Shown piece by piece: positions 1 to 13,546 of a stretch of DNA of 64,000 nt. Under the pieces are notes generated by a model that ran no database searches, was not told the origin of the DNA, and saw nothing but the letters and a program-made list of their open reading frames with translations. Source of the stretch: Chiloscyllium plagiosum (lineage: Eukaryota). Numbering within the stretch: position 1 is the first letter of the stretch; each line of letters opens with the position of its first letter. The translations under genes were made by a program, and so were the position numbers. The stretch spans positions 51,670,552-51,734,551 of the forward strand of contig NC_057728.1 of the NCBI RefSeq assembly GCF_004010195.1, given 5' to 3'.

Positions 1-3000
1 TAACTCACACACAGGGTAATTCACTCTCAGTGTAACTCACACACAGGGTAATTCACTCTCAGTGTAACTCACACACAGGGTAATTCACTCTCAGTGTAAC
101 TCACACACAGGGTAATTCACTCTCAGTGTAACTCACACACAGGGTAATTCACTCTCAGTGTAACTCACACACAGGGTAATTCACTCTCAGTGTAACTCAC
201 ACACAGGGTAATTCACTCTCAGTGTAACTCACACACAGGGTAATTCACTCTCAGTGTAACTCACACACAGGGTAATTCACTCTCAGTGTAACTCACACAC
301 AGGGTAATTCACTCTCAGTGTAACTCACACACAGGGTAATTCACTCTCAGTGTAACTCACACACAGGGTAATTCACTCTCAGTGTAACTCACACACAGGG
401 TAATTCACTCTCAGTGTAACTCACACACAGGGTAATTCACTCTCAGTGTAACTCACACACAGGGTAATTCACTCTCAGTGTAACTCACACACAGGGTAAT
501 TCACTCTCAGTGTAACTCACACACAGGGTAATTCACTCTCAGTGTAACTCACACACAGGGTAATTCACTCTCAGTGTAACTCACACACAGGGTAATTCAC
601 TCTCAGTGTAACTCACACACGGGGTAATTCACTCTCAGTGTAACTCACACACAGGGTAATTCACTCTCAGTGTAACTCACACACAGGGTAATTCACTCTC
701 AGTGTAACTCACACACAGGGTAATTCACTCTCAGTGTAACTCACACACAGGGTAATTCACTCTCAGTGTAACTCACACACAGGGTAATTCACTCTCAGTG
801 TAACTCACACACAGGGTAATTCACTCTCAGTGTAACTCACACACAGGGTAATTCACTCTCAGTGTAACTCACACACAGGGTAATTCACTCTCAGTGTAAC
901 TCACACACAGGGTAATTCACTCTCAGTGTAACTCACACACAGGGTAATTCACTCTCAGTGTAACTCACACACAGGGTAATTCACTCTCAGTGTAACTCAC
1001 ACACAGGGTAATTCACTCTCAGTGTAACTCACACACAGGGTAATTCACTCTCAGTGTAACTCACACACAGGGTAATTCACTCTCAGTGTAACTCACACAC
1101 AGGGTAATTCACTCTCAGTGTAACTCACACACAGGGTAATTCACTCTCAGTGTAACTCACACACAGGGTAATTCACTCTCAGTGTAACTCACACACAGGG
1201 TAATTCACTCTCAGTGTAACTCACACACAGGGTAATTCACTCTCAGTGTAACTCACACACGGGGTAATTCACTCTCAGTGTAACTCACACACAGGGTAAT
1301 TCACTCTCAGTGTAACTCACACACAGGGTAATTCACTCTCAGTGTAACTCACACACAGGGTAATTCACTCTCAGTGTAACTCACACACAGGGTAATTCAC
1401 TCTCAGTGTAACTCACACACAGGGTAATTCACTCTCAGTGTAACTCACACACAGGGTAATTCACTCTCAGTGTAACTCACACACAGGGTAATTCACTCTC
1501 AGTGTAACTCACACACAGGGTAATTCACTCTCAGTGTAACTCACACACAGGGTAATTCACTCTCAGTGTAACTCACACACAGGGTAATTCACTCTCAGTG
1601 TAACTCACACACAGGGTAATTCACTCTCAGTGTAACTCACACACAGGGTAATTCACTCTCAGTGTAACTCACACACAGGGTAATTCACTCTCAGTGTAAC
1701 TCACACACAGGGTAATTCACTCTCAGTGTAACTCACACACAGGGTAATTCACTCTCAGTGTAACTCACACACAGGGTAATTCACTCTCAGTGTAACTCAC
1801 ACACAGGGTAATTCACTCTCAGTGTAACTCACACACAGGGTAATTCACTCTCAGTGTAACTCACACACAGGGTAATTCACTCTCAGTGTAACTCACACAC
1901 GGGGTAATTCACTCTCAGTGTAACTCACACACAGGGTAATTCACTCTCAGTGTAACTCACACACAGGGTAATTCACTCTCAGTGTAACTCACACACAGGG
2001 TAATTCACTCTCAGTGTAACTCACACACAGGGTAATTCACTCTCAGTGTAACTCACACACAGGGTAATTCACTCTCAGTGTAACTCACACACAGGGTAAT
2101 TCACTCTCAGTGTAACTCACACACAGGGTAATTCACTCTCAGTGTAACTCACACACAGGGTAATTCACTCTCAGTGTAACTCACACACAGGGTAATTCAC
2201 TCTCAGTGTAACTCACACACAGGGTAATTCACTCTCAGTGTAACTCACACACAGGGTAATTCACTCTCAGTGTAACTCACACACAGGGTAATTCACTCTC
2301 AGTGTAACTCACACACAGGGTAATTCACTCTCAGTGTAACTCACACACAGGGTAATTCACTCTCAGTGTAACTCACACACAGGGTAATTCACTCTCAGTG
2401 TAACTCACACACAGGGTAATTCACTCTCAGTGTAACTCACACACAGGGTAATTCACTCTCAGTGTAACTCACACACAGGGTAATTCACTCTCAGTGTAAC
2501 TCACACACAGGGTAATTCACTCTCAGTGTAACTCACACACGGGGTAATTCACTCTCAGTGTAACTCACACACAGGGTAATTCACTCTCAGTGTAACTCAC
2601 ACACAGGGTAATTCACTCTCAGTGTAACTCACACACAGGGTAATTCACTCTCAGTGTAACTCACACACAGGGTAATTCACTCTCAGTGTAACTCACACAC
2701 AGGGTAATTCACTCTCAGTGTAACTCACACACAGGGTAATTCACTCTCAGTGTAACTCACACACAGGGTAATTCACTCTCAGTGTAACTCACACACAGGG
2801 TAATTCACTCTCAGTGTAACTCACACACAGGGTAATTCACTCTCAGTGTAACTCACACACAGGGTAATTCACTCTCAGTGTAACTCACACACAGGGTAAT
2901 TCACTCTCAGTGTAACTCACACACAGGGTAATTCACTCTCAGTGTAACTCACACACAGGGTAATTCACTCTCAGTGTAACTCACACACAGGGTAATTCAC

Positions 3001-4258
3001 TCTCAGTGTAACTCACACACAGGGTAATTCACTCTCAGTGTAACTCACACACAGGGTAATTCACTCTCAGTGTAACTCACACACAGGGTAATTCACTCTC
3101 AGTGTAACTCACACACAGGGTAATTCACTCTCAGTGTAACTCACACACAGGGTAATTCACTCTCAGTGTAACTCACACACGGGGTAATTCACTCTCAGTG
3201 TAACTCACACACAGGGTAATTCACTCTCAGTGTAACTCACACACAGGGTAATTCACTCTCAGTGTAACTCACACACAGGGTAATTCACTCTCAGTGTAAC
3301 TCACACACAGGGTAATTCACTCTCAGTGTAACTCACACACAGGGTAATTCACTCTCAGTGTAACTCACACACAGGGTAATTCACTCTCAGTGTAACTCAC
3401 ACACAGGGTAATTCACTCTCAGTGTAACTCACACACAGGGTAATTCACTCTCAGTGTAACTCACACACAGGGTAATTCACTCTCAGTGTAACTCACACAC
3501 AGGGTAATTCACTCTCAGTGTAACTCACACACAGGGTAATTCACTCTCAGTGTAACTCACACACAGGGTAATTCACTCTCAGTGTAACTCACACACAGGG
3601 TAATTCACTCTCAGTGTAACTCACACACAGGGTAATTCACTCTCAGTGTAACTCACACACAGGGTAATTCACTCTCAGTGTAACTCACACACAGGGTAAT
3701 TCACTCTCAGTGTAACTCACACACAGGGTAATTCACTCTCAGTGTAACTCACACACAGGGTAATTCACTCTCAGTGTAACTCACACACAGGGTAATTCAC
3801 TCTCAGTGTAACTCACACACGGGGTAATTCACTCTCAGTGTAACTCACACACAGGGTAATTCACTCTCAGTGTAACTCACACACAGGGTAATTCACTCTC
3901 AGTGTAACTCACACACAGGGTAATTCACTCTCAGTGTAACTCACACACAGGGTAATTCACTCTCAGTGTAACTCACACACAGGGTAATTCACTCTCAGTG
4001 TAACTCACACACAGGGTAATTCACTCTCAGTGTAACTCACACACAGGGTAATTCACTCTCAGTGTAACTCACACACAGGGTAATTCACTCTCAGTGTAAC
4101 TCACACACAGGGTAATTCACTCTCAGTGTAACTCACACACAGGGTAATTCACTCTCAGTGTAACTCACACACAGGGTAATTCACTCTCAGTGTAACTCAC
4201 ACACAGGGTAATTCACTCTCAGTGTAACTCACACACAGGGTAATTCACTCTCAGTGTA
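1..4258. repeat. 32-bp satellite (TAACTCACACACAGGGTAATTCACTCTCAGTG)n, about 133 copies, with a 640-bp higher-order period; runs off the window start
   Basis: Read directly. The only variant seen is A>G at 621, 1261, 1901, 2541, 3181 and 3821, every 20 units. The unit is two 16-mers that are 12/16 identical. Confidence 0.98.
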
Positions 4259-4570
4259 TCCCCCGGGGTCCCCTGGAAGGGGAGAAGGGGAGAAGGTGGA
4301 GAGTTCCCCCGGGGTCCCCTGGAGGGGGGTGAGTTGTCCCCGGGTTGGGGAGAGGGGGTGAGTTATGCGCGGGGTCCCCTGGAGGGGAGAGTTACCCCTG
4401 GGGTCCCCTGAAGGGGATGGAGGGGAGAGTTACCTCTGGGGTCCCCTGAAGGGGAGAGGGGGGAGAGTTACCCCTGGGGTCCCCTGGAGGGGAGAGGGGA
4501 GAGAGTTATCCCCGGGGTCCCCTGGAGGGGGAGAGTTACCCTCGTGGTCCACTCGAGGGGGGTGGGAGAA
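4259..4570. repeat. Degenerate GC-rich minisatellite (about 30-35 bp unit, GGAGAGTTACCCCTGGGGTCCCCTGGAGGGG-like) abutting the satellite
   Basis: About 8 degenerate copies with recurring GGGGTCCCCTG and GAGTTACCC motifs and many G-runs. Confidence 0.85.
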
Positions 4571-5888
4571 TTAATTGAGATATTCCCACTTATCTTCCAA
4601 TTGCTAAAATTTCTGAGAGATTATTGATAATTTATTCATCCAACTAGCTATAATTAATTTGTGACCGGTAAAGGTTTGTTTGTGACTCCCAGAATCACTG
4701 ATTCGTCAAATTCTGACAGATTAAATAAGTTAGATCTATTTAGCACCTTTAACATCCAGAAAACATTCCAATGTGCTGCACAGAAGTATCATACAAAATT
4801 TCACAAAGTACATAAGTTTATTCGGATAGGTGATTTATAGATGTTTTGAGTCAATCTATTAGGAAGTGTTACAACCTCCCTCTGGTGCAGGTGAGGTTTG
4901 AACTGAAACCTCAGAGGTAGGGGCATTATTACTATGCAACAAAAGCCCTTATAAATTTGGTCAAATAAATAGGTTTCTTGGGGAATTAGAGGTTCAGAGA
5001 GTAGCTGTCAGAACCTGAGGTCTGGGTGCGGAAGACGCGATGATTGTATGTGTTTACTTGAGGGGCTGGAGTTGGAAGACCACAGATGTTGGACGATGCA
5101 GAGCTGGAAAAGATTACAGAGAAGTGGAGAGACAACACCATCTGAGGGATTTGTAAAAGATCAGAACTTTAAAACCGAGGAGTTGTTTATCCAACAAGGC
5201 CATGATGTCCTGATCATCCATTCCTATACAACAATGATTATGAATGTGTTAAAGACCATGAGATCTAGGAACAGAAGAAGGCCATTCATCCCATCAAGTC
5301 AATTGTGGCCTTCGATGAGATCATGGTTGATAATCCTCGACACTTTCATGACCTTTTTCCCCAAGAACCCTTGATTCCCTAACTGATCTTAAAAGCTGTC
5401 CGTCCCAGCCTTGAATGTACTTAACAACCCAGTCTATCTTCCACTGAGCTGTGTTTCCATGTTTAAACTTTATGTCCCTTATGTTAACTTTATTCTGCTC
5501 TGCATTACTTTATCCTGTTAGTACTGACTTTCCCTTATTCCTGGCATTTCTCCGTTAAATCCAAATATAGTTACTACTTTAAAAATAAAACATGTCTCTC
5601 GCTTACAACAATTTAAAACAAGAGTCTCTCATGGCAGTTTCTGACTAACCAAAGAATTTACTGAGAAAGAGTATGAGAGAAAAGCATCCTCATCCCCACT
5701 CAGCACACTTTACTTCTTGCAATAAAGTTTACTTTCCTTCTTACACAGTAGTTCACTTTACCCTCTGCACCAGGTTCTCAGCTTGAACCACATTTCCAGA
5801 TATAATTAAAGTTGTTTGTTTTGTCCCTGTCTCACTCAGGCAAAGTTTCCCTTATCAACTGTACACTATACCTGCTTCAGTTCTGTAA

Positions 5889-6337
5889 AAAGTTAAAAAT
5901 CCCACACCAGGTTATGGTCCAACAGGTTTAGTTGGAAGCACTAGCTTTCAGAGCGCTGCTCCTTCATCAGGTAACTCGTGGGGCAGGATCATTAGGCACA
6001 GAATTTATAGCAAAAGATCACAGTGTCATACAATTAAAACGATATATTGAACAAACCTAGATTGCTGTTAAATCTTTCATCTTTTAGAATGGGTTGCAGG
6101 TTTCGGTTCATTAATATGTAAATCCCAGAGCTTCTTTAAGTTACATTCTCGAGATAACTTAAGGTTTTATTAAAAAAAGGTGACATCTCAGCAAATGTGT
6201 TTAAGGTCTGAGGTTAGATTAGATTAGATTCCCTACATTATGGATTGACTGTCTGCAGGTTGTGCACTTTTTGAGCAAAAATAGAATGTATCTGCAAATA
6301 CAATTCTGCAAATGCAAATTCAACCCATAGACATATC

Positions 6338-6368
<31 letters not shown>

Positions 6369-7531
6369 GAGAGAGAGAGTGTGAGTGTGTGTGTGTGTGA
6401 GTGCACGAGAGTGTGTGTTTGCATCTGCATGTGAGTGTGAGCTAAGTATAAGCTTATGAGAGGGTGCATGGGGGTTGTATGTGATGTGTGTGTATCTGAG
6501 AGAGCATGTGTATGAGAGAGGGTCTGAGTGTGTGAGTATGTAAGAGTATGTAAGAGTCCTCCAAAGTGGACTTCGGGATATGCAACAATGCTGAGCAGAG
6601 GCTGATAGCCAAGTTCAGTACCCATGGGGATGGCCTCAACTGGAACTTTGTGTTCATGTCACACTACAGGTGACCTCACTACACTATTCACTTTCACACA
6701 CACACACAAGCATACATGCACACTCATGTAGATTCTCTCTTATCCACACACTCTCTCTCAGACACTTACACATACACCCCACCCCCCCACCCACCCCCAA
6801 CACTCACACCCACGCACACATCCTCTTACAGGCTTATATTCAGGTCACACTCTCTACCAAACATCCATACATGCAAACACACACTCTCTCACGCGCACCC
6901 ACACTCACGCACACACTCACTCTCTCTCCCTCACATGCGCACACACACACAAGTCTGTGGAGTGAATTTGTATTTGCAAGTACATTCTATGTTTGCTCAC
7001 AAAACACACAACCCTCAGGCAGTCAATGCAGACAATCAATCCATATAACATTTTATAAATTCCTACTTTGGAAATAGAACCAATCTGACTCAAGGTGAGG
7101 TTACAGACAGACTCTAACCTCAGACCATTAACGCACATTGTCAGAGCTGAGATGTCACCTTTTTTTTATAAAACCTTAAGTTATCTCGAGAATGTGATTT
7201 AAAAGAAGTTCTGGGATTTACATATTAATGAACCGAAACCAAACCAATTCTAAGAGATGAAAGACTTAACAGCAATCTAGGCTCCTCGGAAGCTGCCTGA
7301 CCTGCTGTGCTTTTCCAGCACCACACTCTTGACAGCAATCTAGGTTTGCTCAATATATCATTTTAATTGCATCACACTGTGATCTTTTGCTATAAATTCT
7401 GCATCTAATGATCATACCCCACTAGTTACCTAATGAAGGAGCAGTGCTCTGAAAGCTAGTGCTTCCAAATAATCTTGTTGTTATGTGATTTTTAACATTG
7501 CCCACCCCAGTCCAACACCGACTCCACCCCA
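5889..7531 (+). mobile_element. 5'-truncated Penelope-like retroelement (family B): GIY-YIG endonuclease C-terminus plus 3' pseudo-LTR, preceded by an inverted copy of the pLTR
   Basis: About 5889-6420 is the reverse complement of about 6900-7500. 6590-6673 reads AEQRLIAKFSTHGDGLNWNFVFMSHYR*, typical of a Penelope GIY-YIG C-terminus. TSD tcagttctgtaa (5877-5888) / tcagttttgtaa (7532-7543). Hammerhead-like core in each arm. Confidence 0.8.
7282..7331 (+). mobile_element. 50-bp internal fragment of Penelope family A nested in the family-B element
   Basis: Matches family-A arm gctgcctgacctgctgtgcttttccagcacc; perfect 13-bp TSD acagcaatctagg at 7269-7281 and 7332-7344. Confidence 0.75.
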
Positions 7532-7819
7532 TCAGTTTTGTAAGACAATTGTTTGGTGAAAACTGTGTTAAGCATCACCTGGTGTGGCTCGAGTGTCCCC
7601 ATGCTGACACAGCAGTCTCTGTTGTATTTGCTGCACAGGGTGACTGTCCTTAAGGAGGTACACAATTCACTGGGTTCTGTCTTCTCAACCAGCTGAGTTT
7701 CTCACTTCTGCTCACCTTTTCCAATACTCTTCCAAAGAGACAGCTTTTTTTTCTCTGTCTTTCATTCTTGGCAAGTATTGCTAGCCCAGGCTAGCAATTT
7801 GTTCGACATTTTGTTGATC

Positions 7820-8500
7820 AGAGAGATCTAGGGGTTCTTTGAGATTTGCGTCACAGGTAGTCGGCATGGTTAAGAAGGAACTTAGCTCACTAGTCTTCAT
7901 TGTTCAGACCATTGAGTATAGGAGTAGGGCTGTCATGTTGAGGTTGTACAGAACATTGGTGAGGCCTCTTGTGGAGTACTGTGTGCAGTTCAGATTGTCC
8001 TGTTATAGGAAGGATATTATTAAATTAAGGAGGGTTCAGAAAAGATTTAGCGGGATGTTGCTGGGATGGCGAGTTTGAGTTATAAAAATAGGCTGGGACC
8101 TTTTTTCACTGGAGCTTAGGAGGTTGCAGGGTGATCTTTATACAAGTTTATAAAATGAGGGGCAGAGTTAAGGTGAATAGCAAGAGACTTTGCCCTAGGG
8201 CGGGGGAGTTCAAAACGAGGGGCAATATTTTTAAAGTGAGAAGAGAAAGTGTAAAAAACAAAAAAAAAGTTGCCCCTCATTGTCCTTTTTAAAACTGAGA
8301 GTCATTCGTGTGAGGAATGAGCTGCCAGAGGAAGTGATCAATGCAGGTACAGTTACAACATTTAAAAGACTTTTGAATATGTAAACAAATAGAGAGATTT
8401 GAGGGATATGGGCTAAATGCAGGTAAATGGGACTAGTTCAGTTTGGGTATATGGTATGGATTAGTTGGACTGAAGGGTCTGTTTCCGTGCTGTATGACTA
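7820..8500 (+). mobile_element. CR1-clade LINE 3' fragment (degenerate RT C-terminus and 3' UTR)
   Basis: LYRTLVRPLVEYCVQF and RRVQKRF motifs; CR1-type 3' tail gggtctgtttccgtgctgtatgact. Confidence 0.85.
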
Positions 8501-9064
8501 TCTCTGATTGTCCTCAAGAAGATGGTGGTAAGCTGCCTCTTTGAACGACTGCAGTCCTTCAGGGGTTAGGTGTTAGGGAGGGAGTTTCAAGACTTTGACT
8601 GAGTGACTGTGAAGGAATGCAGATATACTTCAAAGTTTGCAAGAAGGCGATCAATGTAGTTCTTGGGGCTCAAGGCATCAAATTGTACCAGGAGAAAGCA
8701 GCAACAGAGTACAGAGTTGGACGGTCAGCTGTGATTGTGTTGAATGTCAGAGCAGACTCAAAGGGCTGAGTGGCCTACTCCTGTTTCTGTGTCGGGATGG
8801 TGAGTGACATAGAGGGGAATGTGCAGGGAGTGCTGGTGTTCCCCTGTATCTGTCACACTCCAGGTGGTGGAGGTCACGGCTTTGCAAGGTGCTGTCAAAG
8901 GAACCTGGCGAGTTGCTGTATTGCGTCTTATTGTCTCTTTGTCAGTTGCTGTCTCCCAGTTTTCAGTGTCGACATCTGCCATCCTCATATCTTGCTTCCT
9001 GGTGTCCTTGTAGCAGGCATTCATAATACAATAAAGCACAGTCCATACAGCTTCATGAAGGTGA

Positions 9065-10370
9065 AATTTTATTAGAGTTCTTTTGAAGAAATAACAAGCA
9101 GGATAGATAAGGGGAAACAGTGCACATAATATATTTGGACTTTCAGAAGGCATTAGATAAGATGCCACGCATTCGGCTACTCAATATAAGACCCCATGAT
9201 GTTGGGGGTAGTATATTAGCATGGATAAAGGATTTATTCACTAACTAACAAAAGGCAGAGAGCTGTAATAAGGGGGACGTTTTCAGAATAGCAACCTGTA
9301 ACTAATGGAATGCCACAGAGCTCAGTGTTGGGGCTACGATTGTTTACAGTATATATTAATGACTTGAAGAAAGTGTGTACTGTCACCAAGTTTGCAATGA
9401 TACAAACATAGGTGGGAAAGCAAGTGCTAAGGATAACAGTCTGCAGAAGTGAGTGGGCAAAAACTTTAAACAGATGGAATATAATATGGGAAAATGTGAG
9501 GTCATACATTTTGGCACAAAGAGTAGAGGAGCTGAAGATTATTTAAAAGGAGATTGTGGAAAGCTGCAGCACAGAGAGTCTTGTGCAAGGATCACAAAAA
9601 GCTAGCACATAGATTCAAGGTCTTCTTCCTGGGGTGGGGAGTTCAGAACTAGAGGGCACAGGCTTTGGGTGAGAGGGGAAAAATTTAGAAGGGACCTAAA
9701 GGGCAACTTTTTCACACAGAGAGTAGTGCATGTATGGAATGTGCTGCCAGTGGAAGTGGTGGAGGCTGGTACAATAACAACATTGAAAAGGCATCTGGAT
9801 GGGTATATGAATAGGAAGAGTGTAAAGGAATATGGGCCAAGTGTTGGCAAAATGGACTAGATTAGGTTAGGATATCTGGTCAGCATGGACGAGTTGGATT
9901 GAAGGGTCTGTTTCCGTGCTGTACATCTTGATGACTCTATGACTTCAGCAGGTAATAGGGATGGCTAATGGAATCAAAGGGAATGGAATATAAAAATGGA
10001 GAAGTTTTGCTAAAATTGTACAAGGTTTAAGTCAGACTGCAGCTGGAATACTGTGAACAGTCTTGGGCCTCTTTATCTAACGAAAGACATACCAGTTTTG
10101 GAGGCAGTCCAGAGAAGGTTTACTCAGCTGATCCATGGTAGAAAAGGTCTGCCTTATAAGGGCAGGTTAAATAGATTGGGGATGTATTCATTGGAAGTAA
10201 GAGAGGTATATTATTGAAATACAAGATTCTTGGGAATCTTGCCTGGGTAGGTACAGAAAGGTTGTTTCACCTCATACAAGAATATCGGACCAGAGGACAT
10301 CATCTCAGAATAAGGAATCACACATTTAAGACGGAGATGAGGAGGGATTTCTTCTCTGAGGGGAGTCAAT
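9065..10370 (+). mobile_element. Older CR1-clade LINE RT fragment interrupted by a younger CR1 3' piece (about 9618-9942)
   Basis: Decayed DFQKA / PQSSVLG / INDL / KFA motifs; the nested piece encodes RGEKFRRDLKGNFFTQRVVHVWN. Confidence 0.75.
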
Positions 10371-11247
10371 CAGTGGAACGTGTGGCCTATCATATACATA
10401 GAATCCCTACAGTGTGGAAACAGGCCCTTCGGTCCAACCGAACCTCCCAAAGAGTAACCCACCCAGACCCATTCCCCTAGAGTCTTCTCAGTTCCAGAGA
10501 CAACTGATTGTTCTAGGCCTTCGCACTCTGGACCTAATTGGAGTGAAGGCAGCAGGTCTTGCCCTGGCATCACCTTAGCCCAATTAAGCACGTTCCCGGT
10601 GTTGGTTCACACTTAACCTTGAGAGTAGGATATTGTATTCTGCTGATGGGCTCAGACCCAGTTATGAAGTTGTTGTGTCCTCTCATTCAAATGGCCTTTA
10701 ATACGCTGTTGCACTGGTCTCGCCGCACTTTTCCCGGCAATGTTAAGCAGTTGGCTTAAACTCTACTAGCAGTTAAAGCAAGGTAATTTTAATTTTAATT
10801 GTTACATTCCAATTTTCTGGTGCAGTTCTCAATCTGGGCACTAGAGGATGCTCAAAGCCAACAGGATGCTTCAAAACTTTTCTGATTCAAAGCTGCATAT
10901 CAAGCCAAATGTTTTACTCCAATCCCCAGTCCACAGTCCAATTGAAGACTGGTATTGCATCCATCCAGGGTTAAAGATGCTCCTTTCTCAGGTTTGCATC
11001 GCCCTGTGCATTCAGATATCTCATTGTGTTGCTATATAAAAGTGCCTTGAGATTTTTAAAATGTAAATAAAATATCTCTTGTAAAGTTCTTGAAGTTTTA
11101 CCTAGAGGAGTTGATGAGACAGACCATTTCCTCTGTACTTAAAGGGAGAATTATCTGAAAATCTAGCCCATTTGAGGATAACATCAAGTGAAATGTTTAC
11201 ATAGAGGGTAGAATGGGCCTTAATTAGCCTCCGGTTACTTTAATAAA

Positions 11248-11590
11248 ATCCCTACAGTGTGGCAGCAGGCCATTTGACCCAACTGGTCCACACCTACCCT
11301 CCGAAGAGCATCCCACCCAGACCCAATCCCCTTACCCTACTCCTGTACCCCTGCATTTCCCATGGCTAACTTACCTAACCTGCAGGTACCTGGACACTAT
11401 AAATAATTTAGCATGGCCAGTCCACCTAACCCACACATCTTTGGACAGTGGGAGGAAACTGGATCACCTGGAGGAAACCCACACAAACAGGGGGAGAATG
11501 TGCAAACTCCACACAGATAGTTGTCTGAGGATGGGATCTCACCCGAGTCCCTGGTGCTGTGAGGCAGCAGTGCTAACCACTGAGCTGCCA
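11248..11590 (-). mobile_element. HE1-like tRNA-derived V-SINE
   Basis: Minus strand has a tRNA-like head (ctcagtggttagcactgctgcctcacagc), a V-domain (gtgtggagtttgcacattctcccc) and a CR1-type tail. Confidence 0.85.
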
Positions 11591-11829
11591 ATACTTTAAA
11601 GTCTAGGTGTGAGTTGTTCTCTCCATCTAAAATGAATGGTTAACTGTGAAACCTGATAACCTGAGCATTAATTAAAGGTTTCTAACAACTGCAGCTCAGT
11701 GAGTAGCACGTTTGCCTCTGAATCCAGAATCTTTAGGGAAAAGGCCTTGGCCAATACTCCATTGTGATACAGAGGGATGTCATATTAGTAGTTTCCCAAT
11801 CCTTTGGTACATCTCCAGAATCCAACATT

Positions 11830-12400
11830 GCATCCATTATCTTTGTAGCTAATTCTTTTAGGGTCCTAGGTTTCAAGACATCAGGGCCAAGGGACTTATC
11901 TGACTTTAGCCCCATTAGTTTGTCTGATAATACTCTTCCAGTGATGGTGATTTAATTCTTATCCTATATTCTTTAGTATTAATGGGATGATCGAAGTACC
12001 TGCCATCATAAAGACTGATGTGAAATATTTGTTTAACTCTCTACTATATCCTAGTTTCCCAAGACTGTCTCCCCAGATTCCTTTTATAAGGAGCCAATGT
12101 TAATTTTGACCTCTCTTCCTTTTCATAAATTTAAAGAAACTCTTATTATCATTATATCCCTCACTAGTTTGCCCTTGTAGTTTATTTTCTCCATTTATTA
12201 CCTTTTTAGTCAGATTTTGCTGGGTTCTGAATTTATCCCAGTCTTTTGGATTTTTTTTTTGACATTTGCATCCTTTTTTATGCTTTTTGTTTTCAAATTA
12301 ATACTCTCCTTGGTTAGCCTCCTTACTGGGATGTAGTTTTGCTGACAGTCATGAATTTCCTTCTTAAATGTCTTGCTTACTGTCATTCCTCCTAATCTAT
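11830..12400 (-). mobile_element. Degraded CR1 ORF2 fragment
   Basis: Minus-strand GLKSDKSLGPD..PRTLKE motif and CQQNYIPVR linker remnants. Confidence 0.6.
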
Positions 12401-12872
12401 CTACCCAGGAAGGAGATAACACCTCCAGGGAGAGTACACAGGAGATTTAAAAGAATGTTGTCAGATGTTGAAATTTGCTGCAATGAGGAAAGGTTAGATA
12501 GGCTGAGGTTCTGCATCTGATACACTGGATCCTACAAGGCTACTGACTGAGAGCTGGTGAGTGGCATTGGAATAGGTTAATTCAGCCAGTGCAGGTATGA
12601 TGGGCTGAATAGCCTCTTTCTGTGCTGTAACCGGTTTCTGCTTCTGTGATTCTAAACCAGTCTGCTAGCAACCTTGGTGTCACATTTCACCCTGAGGTGA
12701 GCCGTTGCTCAGGTATCTATGCCATTACTATGACTGCCCATTTCCATCGTATTACGATGTCTGACTTTGTCTCAACCAATTTGCTAAAGTCCTCTCGACT
12801 TAGCTATGCCAAAACCTCCTGGCTCCTCTCATTTTTGTAACTTTGACGTCATTCAAACTTCTGCTGCCTATT

Positions 12873-13350
12873 CCTTGACTTGTTCCCAATCCCATTCCCC
12901 ATTGAGTATTGACTTGTTCCCAATCCCTTTCCCCATTGCATCTTGACTTGTTCCCAATCCTATTCCCCACTGAATCTTGACTTGTTCCCAATCCGATTCC
13001 CCATTGAATCTTGACTTGTCCCCAGTCCCATTCCCCATTGCATCTTGACTTGTTCCCAATCCTATTCCCCACTGCATCTTGACTTGTTCCCAATCCCATT
13101 CTCCATTGCATCTTGACTTATCCCAATCCTATTCCCCACTGAATCTTGACTTGTTCCCAATCCGATTCCCCATTGAATCTTGACTTGTCCCCAGTCCCAT
13201 CCCCATTGCATCTTGACTTGTTCCCAATCCTATTCCCCACTGCATCTTGACTTGTTCCCAATCCCATTCTCCATTGCATCTTGACTTGTTCCCAATCCCA
13301 TTCCCCATTGAATCTTGACTTGTTGTCAGTCTCATTCCCCATAGCATCTT
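12873..13350. repeat. 34-bp minisatellite (TCTTGACTTGTTCCCAATCCCATTCCCCATTGCA-like) with a duplicated five-unit block; resumes briefly at 13547-13585
   Basis: Read directly. The variant order of units in 12941-13110 recurs in 13111-13279. Confidence 0.9.
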
Positions 13351-13546
13351 CAAGGAGAAAGTGAGGTCTGCAGATGCTGGAGATCAAAGTTGAAACTTTA
13401 TTGCTGGAACAGCACAGCAGGTCAGGCAGCATCCAAGGAGCAGGAGAATCAACGTTCCTGAAGAAGGGCTTATGCCCGAAATGTCGATTCTCCTGCTCCT
13501 TGGATGCTGCCTGACCTGCTGTGCTGTTCCAGCAATAAAGTTTCAA
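13351..13546 (+). mobile_element. Short palindromic Penelope-derived element (family A) with hammerhead core at 13458-13485
   Basis: Inverted arms; perfect 14-bp TSD ccccatagcatctt (13337-13350 / 13547-13560); CTGAAGA-A-GGGC-TTAT-GCCC-GAAA-TGTC. Confidence 0.85.

Noticed and set aside
1..4258. CRISPR array or telomeric repeat
   Set aside because: Units are contiguous with no unique spacers, there are no cas genes, the context is eukaryotic, and the unit is not TTAGGG-based.
6320..7138. His/Thr-rich ORFs
   Set aside because: They are translations of CA/GT microsatellite-like sequence inside the Penelope 3' region.
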